The translations under genes were made by a program, and so were the position numbers. A DNA stretch of 43,638 nucleotides from Parcubacteria group bacterium (GTDB lineage Bacteria; Patescibacteriota; Minisyncoccia; Phycocordibacterales; GCA-002724975), in contig PBQF01000004.1 of assembly GCA_002724975.1 (NCBI GenBank), positions 10,443 to 54,080 on the forward strand, in the 5' to 3' direction. The notes below the pieces were generated by a model. The model was given only the letters and a program-made list of their open reading frames with translations. It did not search any database and was not told where the DNA came from. Positions 28,157 to 36,958 of this stretch are shown in pieces (the first letter of the stretch is position 1; each line of letters opens with the position of its first letter).

Positions 28157-28279
28157 AAAAAGAGCCCTTTCTCCTTGGAAGGGGTTCTTGAGCTCCACGT
28201 CCCAACTTGGGGTAGTGGAATTTATCCCCAGATTAAGCCATTTTTTGCTTATTAGGCTCATTCGAGTTAGAATTCACCT

Positions 28280-29338
28280 ATGATTTTAGATATCATAAAA
28301 GTTTTTGCTCCGGTCACAGTCTCATTTTTTATCGGAATGGCCCTAACTCCAATTCTGACCCATTATCTCTATAAGCATAAAATGTGGAAGAAGAAAGTGA
28401 AAAGTGTGGCTATTGACGGTCGTGCTACGCCAGTTTTTACAAAACTCCACGCTGGAAAAGAAGTAGGAACCCCTCGGATGGGGGGAATTATTGTTTGGGC
28501 TAGTGCCATAGCTACTATTTTACTTTTCTGGATTCTGGCAATGGCTTTCCCAAATGACTTACTTTTTGAAAAGATGAATTTTTTAAGTAGAGGACAGACA
28601 TGGCTTCCACTCTTTACTTTTTTTATTGGAGCTTTAGTCGGATTGCTTGATGATTATTTTGAGATAAACGAAAACAGTGATTATTTTGCTGGCGGGCTAT
28701 CTCTTAAAAAAAGATTATTTATTGTTTTAATACTTTCCTTAATTGGAGGTTATTGGTTTTTCTTTAAACTTGGTGTTTCGACAATTGCCATTCCTTTTTT
28801 TGGGGAGTTAGCCTTGGGTTCTTTTTTTATTCCTTTTTTTGCATTGGTTATGCTGTTTATTTATTCCGGCGGAATTATTGATGGCATCGATGGCTTGTCG
28901 GGCGGAGTTTTTGCAACAATTTTTTCTGCTTATGGACTGATAGCTTTTTTACAAAATCAAATTGACTTAGCTGCTCTCTCTTTTGTTGTAGTTGGAAGCC
29001 TTTTGGCTTTCCTTTGGTTTAATATTCCACCGGCTAGATTTTATATGTCCGAAACGGGTACTATGGCCCTAACCCTTCTCTTAACTGTTGTGGCATTTCT
29101 GACCAAACAAGTTGGAGTTTTACCAATCATTGCTTTTCCTTTAGTTGCGACTACTCTTTCAGCTATAATTAATGTCACCTCAAAAAAGTTTAGGGGAGGG
29201 AAGAAAGTTTTTCTTTCAACTCCTATCCATCACCACTTTGAAGCAATTGGCTGGCCTGGATATAAAGTAGCAATGAGATACTGGGTTATATCCGTAGTGG
29301 CAGCAATAATAGGATTAATTATCGCTTTAATCGGGTAG
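28280..29338 (+). CDS. mraY: phospho-N-acetylmuramoyl-pentapeptide-transferase
   Basis: Polytopic membrane protein with GLLDDY, IDGIDGL and HHHFE motifs typical of MraY. Confidence 0.95.
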   Translation: MILDIIKVFAPVTVSFFIGMALTPILTHYLYKHKMWKKKVKSVAIDGRATPVFTKLHAGKEVGTPRMGGIIVWASAIATILLFWILAMAFPNDLLFEKMNFLSRGQTWLPLFTFFIGALVGLLDDYFEINENSDYFAGGLSLKKRLFIVLILSLIGGYWFFFKLGVSTIAIPFFGELALGSFFIPFFALVMLFIYSGGIIDGIDGLSGGVFATIFSAYGLIAFLQNQIDLAALSFVVVGSLLAFLWFNIPPARFYMSETGTMALTLLLTVVAFLTKQVGVLPIIAFPLVATTLSAIINVTSKKFRGGKKVFLSTPIHHHFEAIGWPGYKVAMRYWVISVVAAIIGLIIALIG

Positions 29339-29348
29339 AAGATAGTAT

Positions 29349-29379
29349 GTACTATGGTACGTACTATGGTATATACTAT
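29349..29379 (+). repeat. 12-nt tandem repeat (about 2.6 units) upstream of ftsW
   Basis: GTACTATGGTAC / GTACTATGGTAT / ATACTAT read directly from 29349-29379. Confidence 0.6.
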
Positions 29380-29435
29380 TACAATTTAGACTCTCAACAA
29401 AGCCATAAATTTTGAAGAGTGTATCATAGTGTGAT

Positions 29436-30536
29436 ATGAAAAGGACAGTAGATAAACCATTTTTAATGATAACATCAATCTTAGTTCTTTTAGGTTTTTT
29501 TCTTTTTGTTTCTGCTTCCTTGGGTCTTTTAGCCAGAGAGGGCATTGAATTTTCTTCAGTTTTATTTAATCAGATTGTTTTTGGATTAATTGGAGGATCT
29601 CTGGCAATGTATTTTACCTCCAGAATTAATTATTCGTTTTGGAGAAAGTATTCGTTTTACTTTTTCTTGGCAGCTCTTCTTATTACGGCAGCCGTTTTTA
29701 TTCCTGGCATTGGTCGGACTGCAAATGGCGCTACCAGATGGATTTCAATTGGGCCCTTGCCCTCGTTCCAACCGGTTGAACTTTTGAAACTTGGTTTTGT
29801 TATTTATTTAGCAGCTTGGATTTCAGGTGTAAAAGGAAAAATTAGAACTTTTCAATATGGGTTCCTTCCTTTGATATTGGTAATTGGAATTATAAGTGGT
29901 CTGCTTTTGCTACAACCAGATACAGGAAGCGTCTTAGTAATTGCCGTAGCTGGTTTGGCTATGTTCGTTACAGCCGGCGGTAGATGGAGAGATGTTTTTA
30001 TAGCAGGCCTAATAGGTATTATTTTTTTGGCTGGGCTTGCTTATTCAAGACCTTATATTTTTGACAGAATAGAGACTTTTATAAAACCTGGTGAGGATTT
30101 ACAAGGCTCTTCATATCAACTGAATCAATCTTTGATTGCAATTGGTTCTGGACAGATATTTGGTAGGGGATTTGGACAAAGTGTCCAGAAATTTAATTAT
30201 TTACCAGAACCGATTGGAGACTCGATTTTTGCCGTGGCAGCCGAAGAATGGGGTTTTGTTGGAAGCACCGTCTTAATATTTTTATTTCTAGCTTTTGCCA
30301 TTCGTGGTTTAAAAATAGCAACATGGTCCAGTGATATTTTTGGTGGACTCTTGGCCACGGGCATTGTTATACTAATTACAGTTCAGTCATTGGTTAATAT
30401 AGCCTCAATGCTGGGAGTTTTTCCATTAACAGGAATGCCGTTACTCTTTGTCAGTCATGGAGGAACTGCGCTCTTTTTTGCCATGGCTGAAGTTGGGATT
30501 ATTCTGAATATTTCAAAACAAAGGCAATTAACCTAA
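29436..30536 (+). CDS. ftsW: SEDS-family peptidoglycan glycosyltransferase FtsW/RodA
   Basis: 10-TM SEDS pattern, FQPVELLK, and PEP..DSIFA. Sits between mraY and murG. Confidence 0.88.
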   Translation: MKRTVDKPFLMITSILVLLGFFLFVSASLGLLAREGIEFSSVLFNQIVFGLIGGSLAMYFTSRINYSFWRKYSFYFFLAALLITAAVFIPGIGRTANGATRWISIGPLPSFQPVELLKLGFVIYLAAWISGVKGKIRTFQYGFLPLILVIGIISGLLLLQPDTGSVLVIAVAGLAMFVTAGGRWRDVFIAGLIGIIFLAGLAYSRPYIFDRIETFIKPGEDLQGSSYQLNQSLIAIGSGQIFGRGFGQSVQKFNYLPEPIGDSIFAVAAEEWGFVGSTVLIFLFLAFAIRGLKIATWSSDIFGGLLATGIVILITVQSLVNIASMLGVFPLTGMPLLFVSHGGTALFFAMAEVGIILNISKQRQLT

Positions 30537-30540
30537 ATAT

Positions 30541-31668
30541 ATGAAGATTGTATTAACAGGAGGGGGAACAGGAGGTCACTTTTATCCAATTATTTCTGTT
30601 GCCAAGAGCATCAGGGAGATTTCCAAAGAATTAAAGCTTTTAGAACCCAAAATATATTTCTTTGGTCCAGAACCTTACGACGAAAGGGCTTTGTTTGATA
30701 ATAGTATTATCTTTAAAAGAAATACTGCCGGTAAAAAGCGAATCTATTTTTCTCCGCGAAATTTTGTTGATATTTTTAAGACTGGCTGGGGAATTCTAAC
30801 TGCTCTCTGGAAGATTTTTTTAATTTTCCCCGATATTGTTTTTGCAAAAGGGGGTTATGCTAGCTTTCCAGTTTTAGTCGCAGCCAAATTTTTTAGAATT
30901 CCAGTTATTATTCATGAATCTGATAGTGTGCCTGGCAGGGTTAATTTATGGGCTGGGAAATTTGCTAAAAGGATTGCAATCTCTTTCCCAGAAGTGGCTG
31001 ATAAATTTCCCAAGGGAAAAGTAGCCCTAACTGGAAATCCAATTAGAAAAGAATTAGTTAATCCTTCGCCAGAGGGGGCAAGGGAATATTTAAATTTGGA
31101 AACTAGTGCCCCAACGATTCTTATTCTTGGAGGTTCACAGGGTGCTCAAGCTATAAACGATGTTATTTTGAGTTCCTTGAATGACTTGGTTGAGAAATAT
31201 CAGATTATTCACCAGACGGGAAAGAAAAATATTGAATATGTTAATTCAACTGCGCAAGTTGTCTTGAGTCAGAATAAATTAAAATCAAGATACAGGGCAT
31301 TTGATTATTTGAATGTGCTGGCTATGAAGATGTCCGCTGGTGCTGCTGACATAGTCATTTCTAGAGCCGGTTCAAGTATTTTTGAAATTGCCAGCTGGGG
31401 TATTCCATCAATTTTGATTCCAATTCCAGAAAATATTAGTCGCGACCAGCGTTCAAATGCTTTTGCTTATTCCTCAACTGGAGCAGCGGTGGTAATCGAG
31501 GAAAAGAATCTTTCGTCACACCTTTTGCTTTCAGAGATTGATAGGATTTTATCAAACGAGAACACCAGGAATATAATGTCCGAAGCAGCAAAAAAGTTTG
31601 CTCAAAATGACGCAGGTAAGAGAATAGCCAAGGAAATTCTCAATATTTCCTTGGAGCATGAGATTTAA
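30541..31668 (+). CDS. murG: UDP-N-acetylglucosamine--N-acetylmuramyl-(pentapeptide) pyrophosphoryl-undecaprenol GlcNAc transferase
   Basis: LTGGGTGGHFYP G-loop, HESD, GGSQGA. GT28 length. Confidence 0.93.
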   Translation: MKIVLTGGGTGGHFYPIISVAKSIREISKELKLLEPKIYFFGPEPYDERALFDNSIIFKRNTAGKKRIYFSPRNFVDIFKTGWGILTALWKIFLIFPDIVFAKGGYASFPVLVAAKFFRIPVIIHESDSVPGRVNLWAGKFAKRIAISFPEVADKFPKGKVALTGNPIRKELVNPSPEGAREYLNLETSAPTILILGGSQGAQAINDVILSSLNDLVEKYQIIHQTGKKNIEYVNSTAQVVLSQNKLKSRYRAFDYLNVLAMKMSAGAADIVISRAGSSIFEIASWGIPSILIPIPENISRDQRSNAFAYSSTGAAVVIEEKNLSSHLLLSEIDRILSNENTRNIMSEAAKKFAQNDAGKRIAKEILNISLEHEI

Positions 31669-31761
31669 GATAGTCTTAAAGTATTTAATTACTTTTTTCA
31701 TCTCTCTATGGCCTTATTCTAGCCAGCGGTATAGTCAAGAAAGGGCTAACTAAACACGAAT

Positions 31762-31799
31762 ACGCAGTCTAAGAAGGGAGATCAAAGACTGTGCGTTTT
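31762..31799 (+). terminator. probable intrinsic terminator after murG
   Basis: ACGCAGTCT (31762-31770) pairs with AGACTGTGCGT (31786-31796) with a 2-nt bulge. Followed by TTTT. Confidence 0.5.
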
Positions 31800-31819
31800 A
31801 CATATGATAAAATATGGCT

Positions 31820-33130
31820 ATGACCAAGGTTATTACCAGATTTCCACCAAGTCCTACTGGATATTTTCATATCGGGAGTGCCAGAACGGCTCTTTTCAAT
31901 TATCTTTTTGCTAAAAATAACAACGGAGAGATGATTTTAAGGTTTGAGGATACTGATAAAGAGAGAAGTAAGCCAGAATATGAAAAAGACATTCTAGAAG
32001 GTCTTAATTGGCTTGGAATAAAGCATGATAATGATAGTGTCCCCAAGCAATCAGAAAGACTGGGAGTTTACAGAAAGCACCTACAGGAACTTATCAATAA
32101 AGACATAGCATATATTTCTAAAGAGAAAGAAGGAAAGAGAGATGAAGTTATCCGATTTAGGAATCCAAATACAAAGATTAAATTTAATGACCTTATCCGA
32201 GAGGAGGTTGAATTTGATACAACTGACTTGGGCGATTTTATAATTGCCAAATCGTTGGATGAGCCAGTTTATCATCTGACAGTTGTGGTAGATGATTACG
32301 AAACAGATATAACACACGTTATTAGAGGTGAAGACCATATTTCAAATACAGCCAGACAGATTTTAATTTTGGAAGCACTCGGGTTTGCAAGACCAATTTA
32401 TGTCCATATTCCGTTAATTCTCGCAGCAGACAGAAGCAAGCTCTCAAAAAGACACGGAGCAGTTTCAATCATGGAGTATAAAGAGATGGGGTATTTACCA
32501 GAAGCAATTGTAAATTATCTTGCTTTATTAGGATGGAATCCCGGAACAGAAAAAGAAATATTTAGTATGGATGAACTGATTGGGGAATTTAGCTTGGGGA
32601 AAGTTCAAAAAGGGGGAGCTGTTTTTAATTCGGAGAAACTTGATTGGATAAATAAGAAACATTTAGGAAAATTAACTAACGAGGAGTTTGTAGATATTGC
32701 AAGGGAACATATTCCGGAAAATTTAAAGAACTTCCCAAACTTTGATTTACTTCTTGCTTCAATAAGAGAAAGAATTAACAAGACGAGCGATATTGACAAA
32801 TTGGCAGAAGACGGAGAGTTTGATTTTTACATTGACGAACCCGAGATGAATCCGGAAAAAATTGTTTGGAAAGACGAAGGGAATAGTGCTGCAAAGGAAA
32901 ATCTTAAAAAAGTTGTTTCACTTTTGGAAAGGGTTGATGATTTTTCGTATGAAGGCGTAAAGAGTGCAGTCCAGCCGTTTGCAGATGAAAGGGGTAGAGG
33001 AAGTGTTATGCATCCAATGAGAATTGCTTTAACTGGTAGAGATAAGTCTCCAGACCCATTTACTATTGCCGGTATTTTAGGAAAAGAGCAAACAATAATA
33101 CGGCTTAATAGAGCCATAGAATTACTTTAA
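31820..33130 (+). CDS. gltX: glutamate--tRNA ligase
   Basis: PSPTGYFHIGSAR (HIGH) and KLSKR (KMSKS). The second ATG (31820) is preferred because TGATAAAAT ends at 31813; ATG 31814 is the alternative. Confidence 0.9.
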   Translation: MTKVITRFPPSPTGYFHIGSARTALFNYLFAKNNNGEMILRFEDTDKERSKPEYEKDILEGLNWLGIKHDNDSVPKQSERLGVYRKHLQELINKDIAYISKEKEGKRDEVIRFRNPNTKIKFNDLIREEVEFDTTDLGDFIIAKSLDEPVYHLTVVVDDYETDITHVIRGEDHISNTARQILILEALGFARPIYVHIPLILAADRSKLSKRHGAVSIMEYKEMGYLPEAIVNYLALLGWNPGTEKEIFSMDELIGEFSLGKVQKGGAVFNSEKLDWINKKHLGKLTNEEFVDIAREHIPENLKNFPNFDLLLASIRERINKTSDIDKLAEDGEFDFYIDEPEMNPEKIVWKDEGNSAAKENLKKVVSLLERVDDFSYEGVKSAVQPFADERGRGSVMHPMRIALTGRDKSPDPFTIAGILGKEQTIIRLNRAIELL

Positions 33131-33136
33131 AATCCA

Positions 33137-34417
33137 ATGCCAAGAAGTTTTCAAAATAAATTTTTAGTTTTTATTCTCTTATTACTTTTTTTACCAGCGA
33201 CGGCAGGTGCTGGTAAAATTGATGAACTCCGTGCTCAAATAGGAGACCGAGAAAGGCAATTGGCTGAAATCCAAGAGGAGATAGACCAGTATGAAAAAGA
33301 TTTAGAACAAGTCGGGGCAGAAAAAGACAATTTAAACAACGCTATAAAAAAGCTTGATATAACTAGGAATAAACTTTTGACTGACATTAAAAAAACCCAG
33401 GGCCAAATTAATAATGAGACTTTGAATATTGAAAAGCTTAGCTTGGAAATTGTAGAAAAGGAGAAAAGGATAAGAAATAATAATGCCGCCATTGCTGAAT
33501 CTTTGAGGCGAATAAATGAGAACGACAATTTTTCTATGATAGAGGGAGTTTTAGCTGAAAGGAATTTGTCAGAGTTTTGGGAAAATTTGGATACTCTTAA
33601 AAGATTTCAAGAAGGTATTAAGAAAGATTTAAAAAAATTAAAGGAAGTAAAAACAGCTTTATCAGGCGACAAAGAAGAAGTTGAAGATAGGCGTTCAACT
33701 TTAATTTCAAAAAGAGGAGAACTTGATGACAAGAGAGGGATAGTCGATCAGAATAAAGCCGAGAAAAATGAAATCTTGGAAGTTACTGAAAACAAGGAGT
33801 CTAATTATCAGGTACTATTGAATGAAAAAATTAAACAAAGGGAGCAATTTGAAAAAGAACTTTTTGAATTTGAATCAGCGCTTCAATTTGAACTTGACCC
33901 AAGTAAAATCCCACCGGCGGGGCGGGGGATTTTACAGTGGCCTTTGGATTATATAAGGATTACACAAAGATTTGGGAAAACAGCGGATTCTGGAAGACTG
34001 TACACCTCTGGGACGCACAACGGAGTTGATTTTGGTATTTCAACTGGGAGTAATGTTTATACCGCTTTAGGTGGGGTAGTGAGAGGAACTGGCAACACAG
34101 ATCAATTTTATGGATGTCTTTCTTATGGAAAATGGGTTTTGATTAGACATAATAATGGTTTAAGTACTCTGTACGCTCATCTTTCAGGCACAATTGTTTC
34201 AAAAGGTCAGCAGGTTAGTACCGGGCAGGTTATTGGATACAGTGGAAGCAGTGGGTACTCAACCGGACCGCACCTACATCTTTCTTTGTTTGCTAGCCAA
34301 GGAGTAGAATTAATGAGATTAGGGGATATCCCGGGGCGTCCAATTACGAGATGTTCAAATGCTACTATTCCAATTGCACCAAAAGACGCTTATCTAGACC
34401 CACTAATCTACCTTTAA
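33137..34417 (+). CDS. M23 family metallopeptidase with long N-terminal coiled coil (EnvC-like architecture)
   Basis: Signal peptide and about 250 aa of heptad-rich coiled coil. HNGVDF (HxxxD) and GPHLHLS (HxH) LytM motifs. Confidence 0.85.
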   Translation: MPRSFQNKFLVFILLLLFLPATAGAGKIDELRAQIGDRERQLAEIQEEIDQYEKDLEQVGAEKDNLNNAIKKLDITRNKLLTDIKKTQGQINNETLNIEKLSLEIVEKEKRIRNNNAAIAESLRRINENDNFSMIEGVLAERNLSEFWENLDTLKRFQEGIKKDLKKLKEVKTALSGDKEEVEDRRSTLISKRGELDDKRGIVDQNKAEKNEILEVTENKESNYQVLLNEKIKQREQFEKELFEFESALQFELDPSKIPPAGRGILQWPLDYIRITQRFGKTADSGRLYTSGTHNGVDFGISTGSNVYTALGGVVRGTGNTDQFYGCLSYGKWVLIRHNNGLSTLYAHLSGTIVSKGQQVSTGQVIGYSGSSGYSTGPHLHLSLFASQGVELMRLGDIPGRPITRCSNATIPIAPKDAYLDPLIYL

Positions 34418-34447
34418 ATTAAAGTTTAAAAAGGATAGAATTCTATT

Positions 34448-34753
34448 ATGAACAGACAAGGTGGACTTATAAAACTTATCATTGTAATTATCATCGCAAT
34501 AATAGTTTTGTCATATTTTAGTTTTGATTTGAGGAGTATAGTTGAGGCACCGCAAACGCAAGACAATTTAGGATATGTTTGGGAACTTTTAACAATACTC
34601 TGGGTTGATTATCTGTCTCAGCCAATACTTTATTTTTGGAATAACATTTTTATTGACTTGCTCTGGGAGACCTTTATCTCAAATTTTGAAAGGATTAAAG
34701 CAGGGGAGTCAACTGATTTTGAATTAAATACTCCAAGCGTGGAATTTAACTAA
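34448..34753 (+). CDS. hypothetical membrane-anchored protein
   Basis: 101 aa with an N-terminal TM helix (LIKLIIVIIIAIIVLSYF). TAGAAT at 34436-34441 lies 6 nt before the ATG. Confidence 0.55.
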   Translation: MNRQGGLIKLIIVIIIAIIVLSYFSFDLRSIVEAPQTQDNLGYVWELLTILWVDYLSQPILYFWNNIFIDLLWETFISNFERIKAGESTDFELNTPSVEFN

Positions 34754-34755
34754 GT

Positions 34756-34908
34756 ATGAATGTACTTCTTGGAATTTTAATAATTTTTGTCTTGTTGTTT
34801 CCCTTAGGTAAATTTATGGGTCTTTTGGGTGAGAAATTTGCAGTTGTTATGATGACCTTTTTTGTTCTAACCCTTTTTCTAATTACTGTCGGTTACGCTT
34901 TTGTTTAA
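34756..34908 (+). CDS. unlisted 50-aa two-TM ORF (hypothetical)
   Basis: Hand translation gives MNVLLGILIIFVLLFPLGKFMGLLGEKFAVVMMTFFVLTLFLITVGYAFV. It starts 3 nt after the previous stop, and its stop overlaps the lexA stop on the other strand. Confidence 0.35.
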   Translation: MNVLLGILIIFVLLFPLGKFMGLLGEKFAVVMMTFFVLTLFLITVGYAFV

Positions 34909-35546
34909 ACTAAAGCTCCGCGGTTTTCAAACTTCCTAACGATGCCGGTGACAACGCCGGCAATTTCTAAATCATCATTAATATAAGCCGAGAGTGGAGG
35001 GTAAGCCGGATTGACCGACTGTAGAATCACCGACTTCGCTTTTTTGAAAAATTTCTTGATTTTAGCTGTATCATTATGGATGACCACAACTAGATCTCCA
35101 TTATTTGCTAGATTAGTTTTGTCTGCCAAGACCATATCTCCTTCTTCAATTATTGGACTCATAGAATCTCCAACTGCCTCAACCAAAAAAGAACTTTGAG
35201 TGACCTTGAAGGTTTTCGAGGGTAGGGGAACACGGTCTAAAATATTGTCGTCATTAAAATATCCCCCTAAACCACACTCAGCCATTCCATACACATTTAG
35301 AAAGACTATATCTTTGACGGGGTTCTTGAGGACATTAATTCTTTTACTTATGTTGTCCCTAAAAATGTAGCCCTTTTTTTCGAGCTGATTTATATGGTGT
35401 GAGACTGTATTTGGAGATTTAACACCAATTTTCTCTGCTATTTCTCTCAGCCCCCAAGAATCACTTTCTGGTTCTTTCAAAACATCTATAAGTTTCTCTT
35501 GGGTCGGGTGAAGGCGACCCAACATTGCGTGTTTACCTGATGTCAT
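34905..35546 (-). CDS. lexA: LexA-family transcriptional repressor (S24 peptidase)
   Basis: N-terminal winged-helix (LREIAEKIGVKSPNTVSHHINQLEKKGYI). C-terminal S24 domain with the GDSMSP serine and a downstream Lys (TAKIKKF). Confidence 0.85.
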   Translation of the reverse strand: MTSGKHAMLGRLHPTQEKLIDVLKEPESDSWGLREIAEKIGVKSPNTVSHHINQLEKKGYIFRDNISKRINVLKNPVKDIVFLNVYGMAECGLGGYFNDDNILDRVPLPSKTFKVTQSSFLVEAVGDSMSPIIEEGDMVLADKTNLANNGDLVVVIHNDTAKIKKFFKKAKSVILQSVNPAYPPLSAYINDDLEIAGVVTGIVRKFENRGALV

Positions 35547-35568
35547 AATATATTAAAAAATTAACTCT

Positions 35569-35589
35569 TGTCCTATATTTTATAGGACA
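35569..35589. promoter_or_regulatory. perfect 9-3-9 palindrome upstream of lexA (candidate operator / SOS box)
   Basis: TGTCCTATA-TTT-TATAGGACA read directly, 23-43 nt upstream of the lexA ATG. On the lexA strand its centre reads TATAAAAT, which is -10-like. Confidence 0.5.
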
Positions 35590-35665
35590 GAGAAAAATAA
35601 GTAAAAATTAAAAGTGTGGATAACTTTTGCGATATTATAAGAAATAGAGGAGTTAATATCTTATT

Positions 35666-36031
35666 TTATAACCCTTCCACTACCACTAATCTTATAACAC
35701 TACCATTGTTGTTTGTGTGATAAATAAACTCTTCGCTTCCCACTTCTGTTACTAACTTAAATCCTGGAGTAATTACCCGTATACAAAGTTCTCCCCCTTC
35801 TTCTGCTCCTAAACATGCATTAGGCCACTCAACATTTTCTATACTTTTTATTAAAATATCTTTTTCCGGATCAAGATTTTTTTCTAAAAGGATTAGTTTC
35901 TTTACTTCTGTTATAACTAGATTTTCATAATTTGTTCTGGTTTTTTTGTCGTTTATACCGCTACCTAATCCTAAGTACAAAGTTAGTGCGAAGGTAACTA
36001 TTACAGCCAAAATAAGCGTTTTTTTGTCCAT
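35666..36031 (-). CDS. hypothetical exported/membrane-anchored small protein
   Basis: 121 aa with an N-terminal hydrophobic segment (LILAVIVTFALTLYLGL) and two Cys in the mature part. No family recognised. Confidence 0.6.
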   Translation of the reverse strand: MDKKTLILAVIVTFALTLYLGLGSGINDKKTRTNYENLVITEVKKLILLEKNLDPEKDILIKSIENVEWPNACLGAEEGGELCIRVITPGFKLVTEVGSEEFIYHTNNNGSVIRLVVVEGL

Positions 36032-36049
36032 ATGTAAGCACCGTTAAAT

Positions 36050-36076
36050 CAAAAACCCGCTTGCTGCGGGTTTTTG
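36050..36076 (-). terminator. intrinsic terminator (symmetric, A-tract/T-tract on both sides)
   Basis: AAAAACCCGC-TTGCT-GCGGGTTTTT read directly, downstream of the 36086..36313 gene. Confidence 0.75.
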
Positions 36077-36085
36077 ATTTGAACT

Positions 36086-36313
36086 TTAGCTACTTTCTTC
36101 TTCTCCTTCAGAAGATGATTCATCTTCTGGTGCTTCTCCTTCAGATGACGACTCTTCACTAGATGAATCTTCAGAAGATGAAGCGCTTGCTGCCTGCTCT
36201 GTGTTGTCCTCTGTTTCTGTGTCTACAGGAGCACTCGAGTCATCACTCCTGAAAAGGAACCACAATAAAGCAATAACAACAATCAGTATTACCACCCAAA
36301 TTACTTTTCCCAT
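36086..36313 (-). CDS. small membrane-anchored protein with acidic Ser/Glu-rich tail
   Basis: 75 aa, with the TM helix VIWVVILIVVIALLWFLF followed by a low-complexity S/E/D tail. A TTTACA-17-TATCAT promoter-like pair lies upstream on the minus strand (36378-36350). Confidence 0.55.
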   Translation of the reverse strand: MGKVIWVVILIVVIALLWFLFRSDDSSAPVDTETEDNTEQAASASSSEDSSSEESSSEGEAPEDESSSEGEEESS

Positions 36314-36401
36314 AATAATTCATAATTAATAATGCTTTTAATACACAAATGATAGCAGTTAATATTTCCCTTGTAAAAACATATTTATCCAGAAGTACTT
36401 G

Positions 36402-36430
36402 TTGACAATCTGTAAAGTATGTTGTGTTAT
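36402..36430 (+). promoter_or_regulatory. possible rightward promoter inside the long non-coding stretch
   Basis: TTGACA (36402-36407), a 17-nt spacer, then TGTTAT (36425-36430), which is a weak -10. No credible CDS downstream. Confidence 0.35.
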
Positions 36431-36616
36431 CATATAAGGGCAGGGGAGGAATGGGTTTTTCCACCCTTTTCATCCTGGAAATTTTTGACAGAGAATGTGA
36501 AGTAGGGAAATAGAGAGCTAAAATATATAAAAATACGACTAAATTAGAAGAAAGGGTTTTTTGAAAAATTTTTAAAAATTTTATTTTTTGAAGATTTGAG
36601 AAGTTTCAAAGTGAAC

Positions 36617-36652
36617 TATAGTGTCGGAAAATGTATATTGTGCGACACTATA
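36617..36652. repeat. perfect 10-bp inverted repeat with 16-nt spacer
   Basis: TATAGTGTCG (36617-36626) and CGACACTATA (36643-36652), read directly. Confidence 0.6.
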
Positions 36653-36914
36653 TTACTTCTAAAATGGGGCTATTTAGCCCTTTCCCCTAACAATTTAATA
36701 GTTAAGTTGTTTAATTTTTATTTTATATTTCTTATTGTAAAAAAATCTTATCCAATGTACTCTTGTGAACAGATATCCACCCACCAAAAACTTTCAGTTC
36801 TCTAGTGGTCTGGATAGCCACTATGTAGTGAAGGATGTTTTCTGACGGTCGGGGTTTTTTACCAAAGCCGTTAGGATTTCAAATCTCATTACTGTTCTGT
36901 TAGCCTTCTATAAT

Positions 36915-36958
36915 CCCAATAAAGTCTCTGGCTTTCCCAGCCCTTAGACTTTGTTGGG
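36915..36958. other. long interrupted hairpin (16 bp in three segments) just 3' of the 36969 gene
   Basis: CCCAA/TTGGG (36915-19 / 36954-58), AAAGTCT/AGACTTT (36921-27 / 36946-52), GGCT/AGCC (36930-33 / 36939-42). No T tract on the minus strand, so not a canonical terminator. Confidence 0.45.

Noticed and set aside
36437-36513. 20-codon ORF (ATG 36451) behind the GGGGAGGA sequence as a small protein
   Set aside because: The GGAGGA abuts the ATG with essentially no spacer. The same bases form a stable hairpin, and nothing else in this genome uses Shine-Dalgarno sites. It is more likely RNA structure.
36243-36805. ORFs 36243..36473 (-) and 36596..36805 (+) as genes
   Set aside because: The first overlaps the 36086..36313 gene out of frame and crosses a promoter-like region. 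The second starts at TTG, spans the extreme AT-rich tract and an inverted repeat, and has a Cys/Phe/Ile-rich implausible composition. Neither has the -10/start arrangement seen at real genes here.
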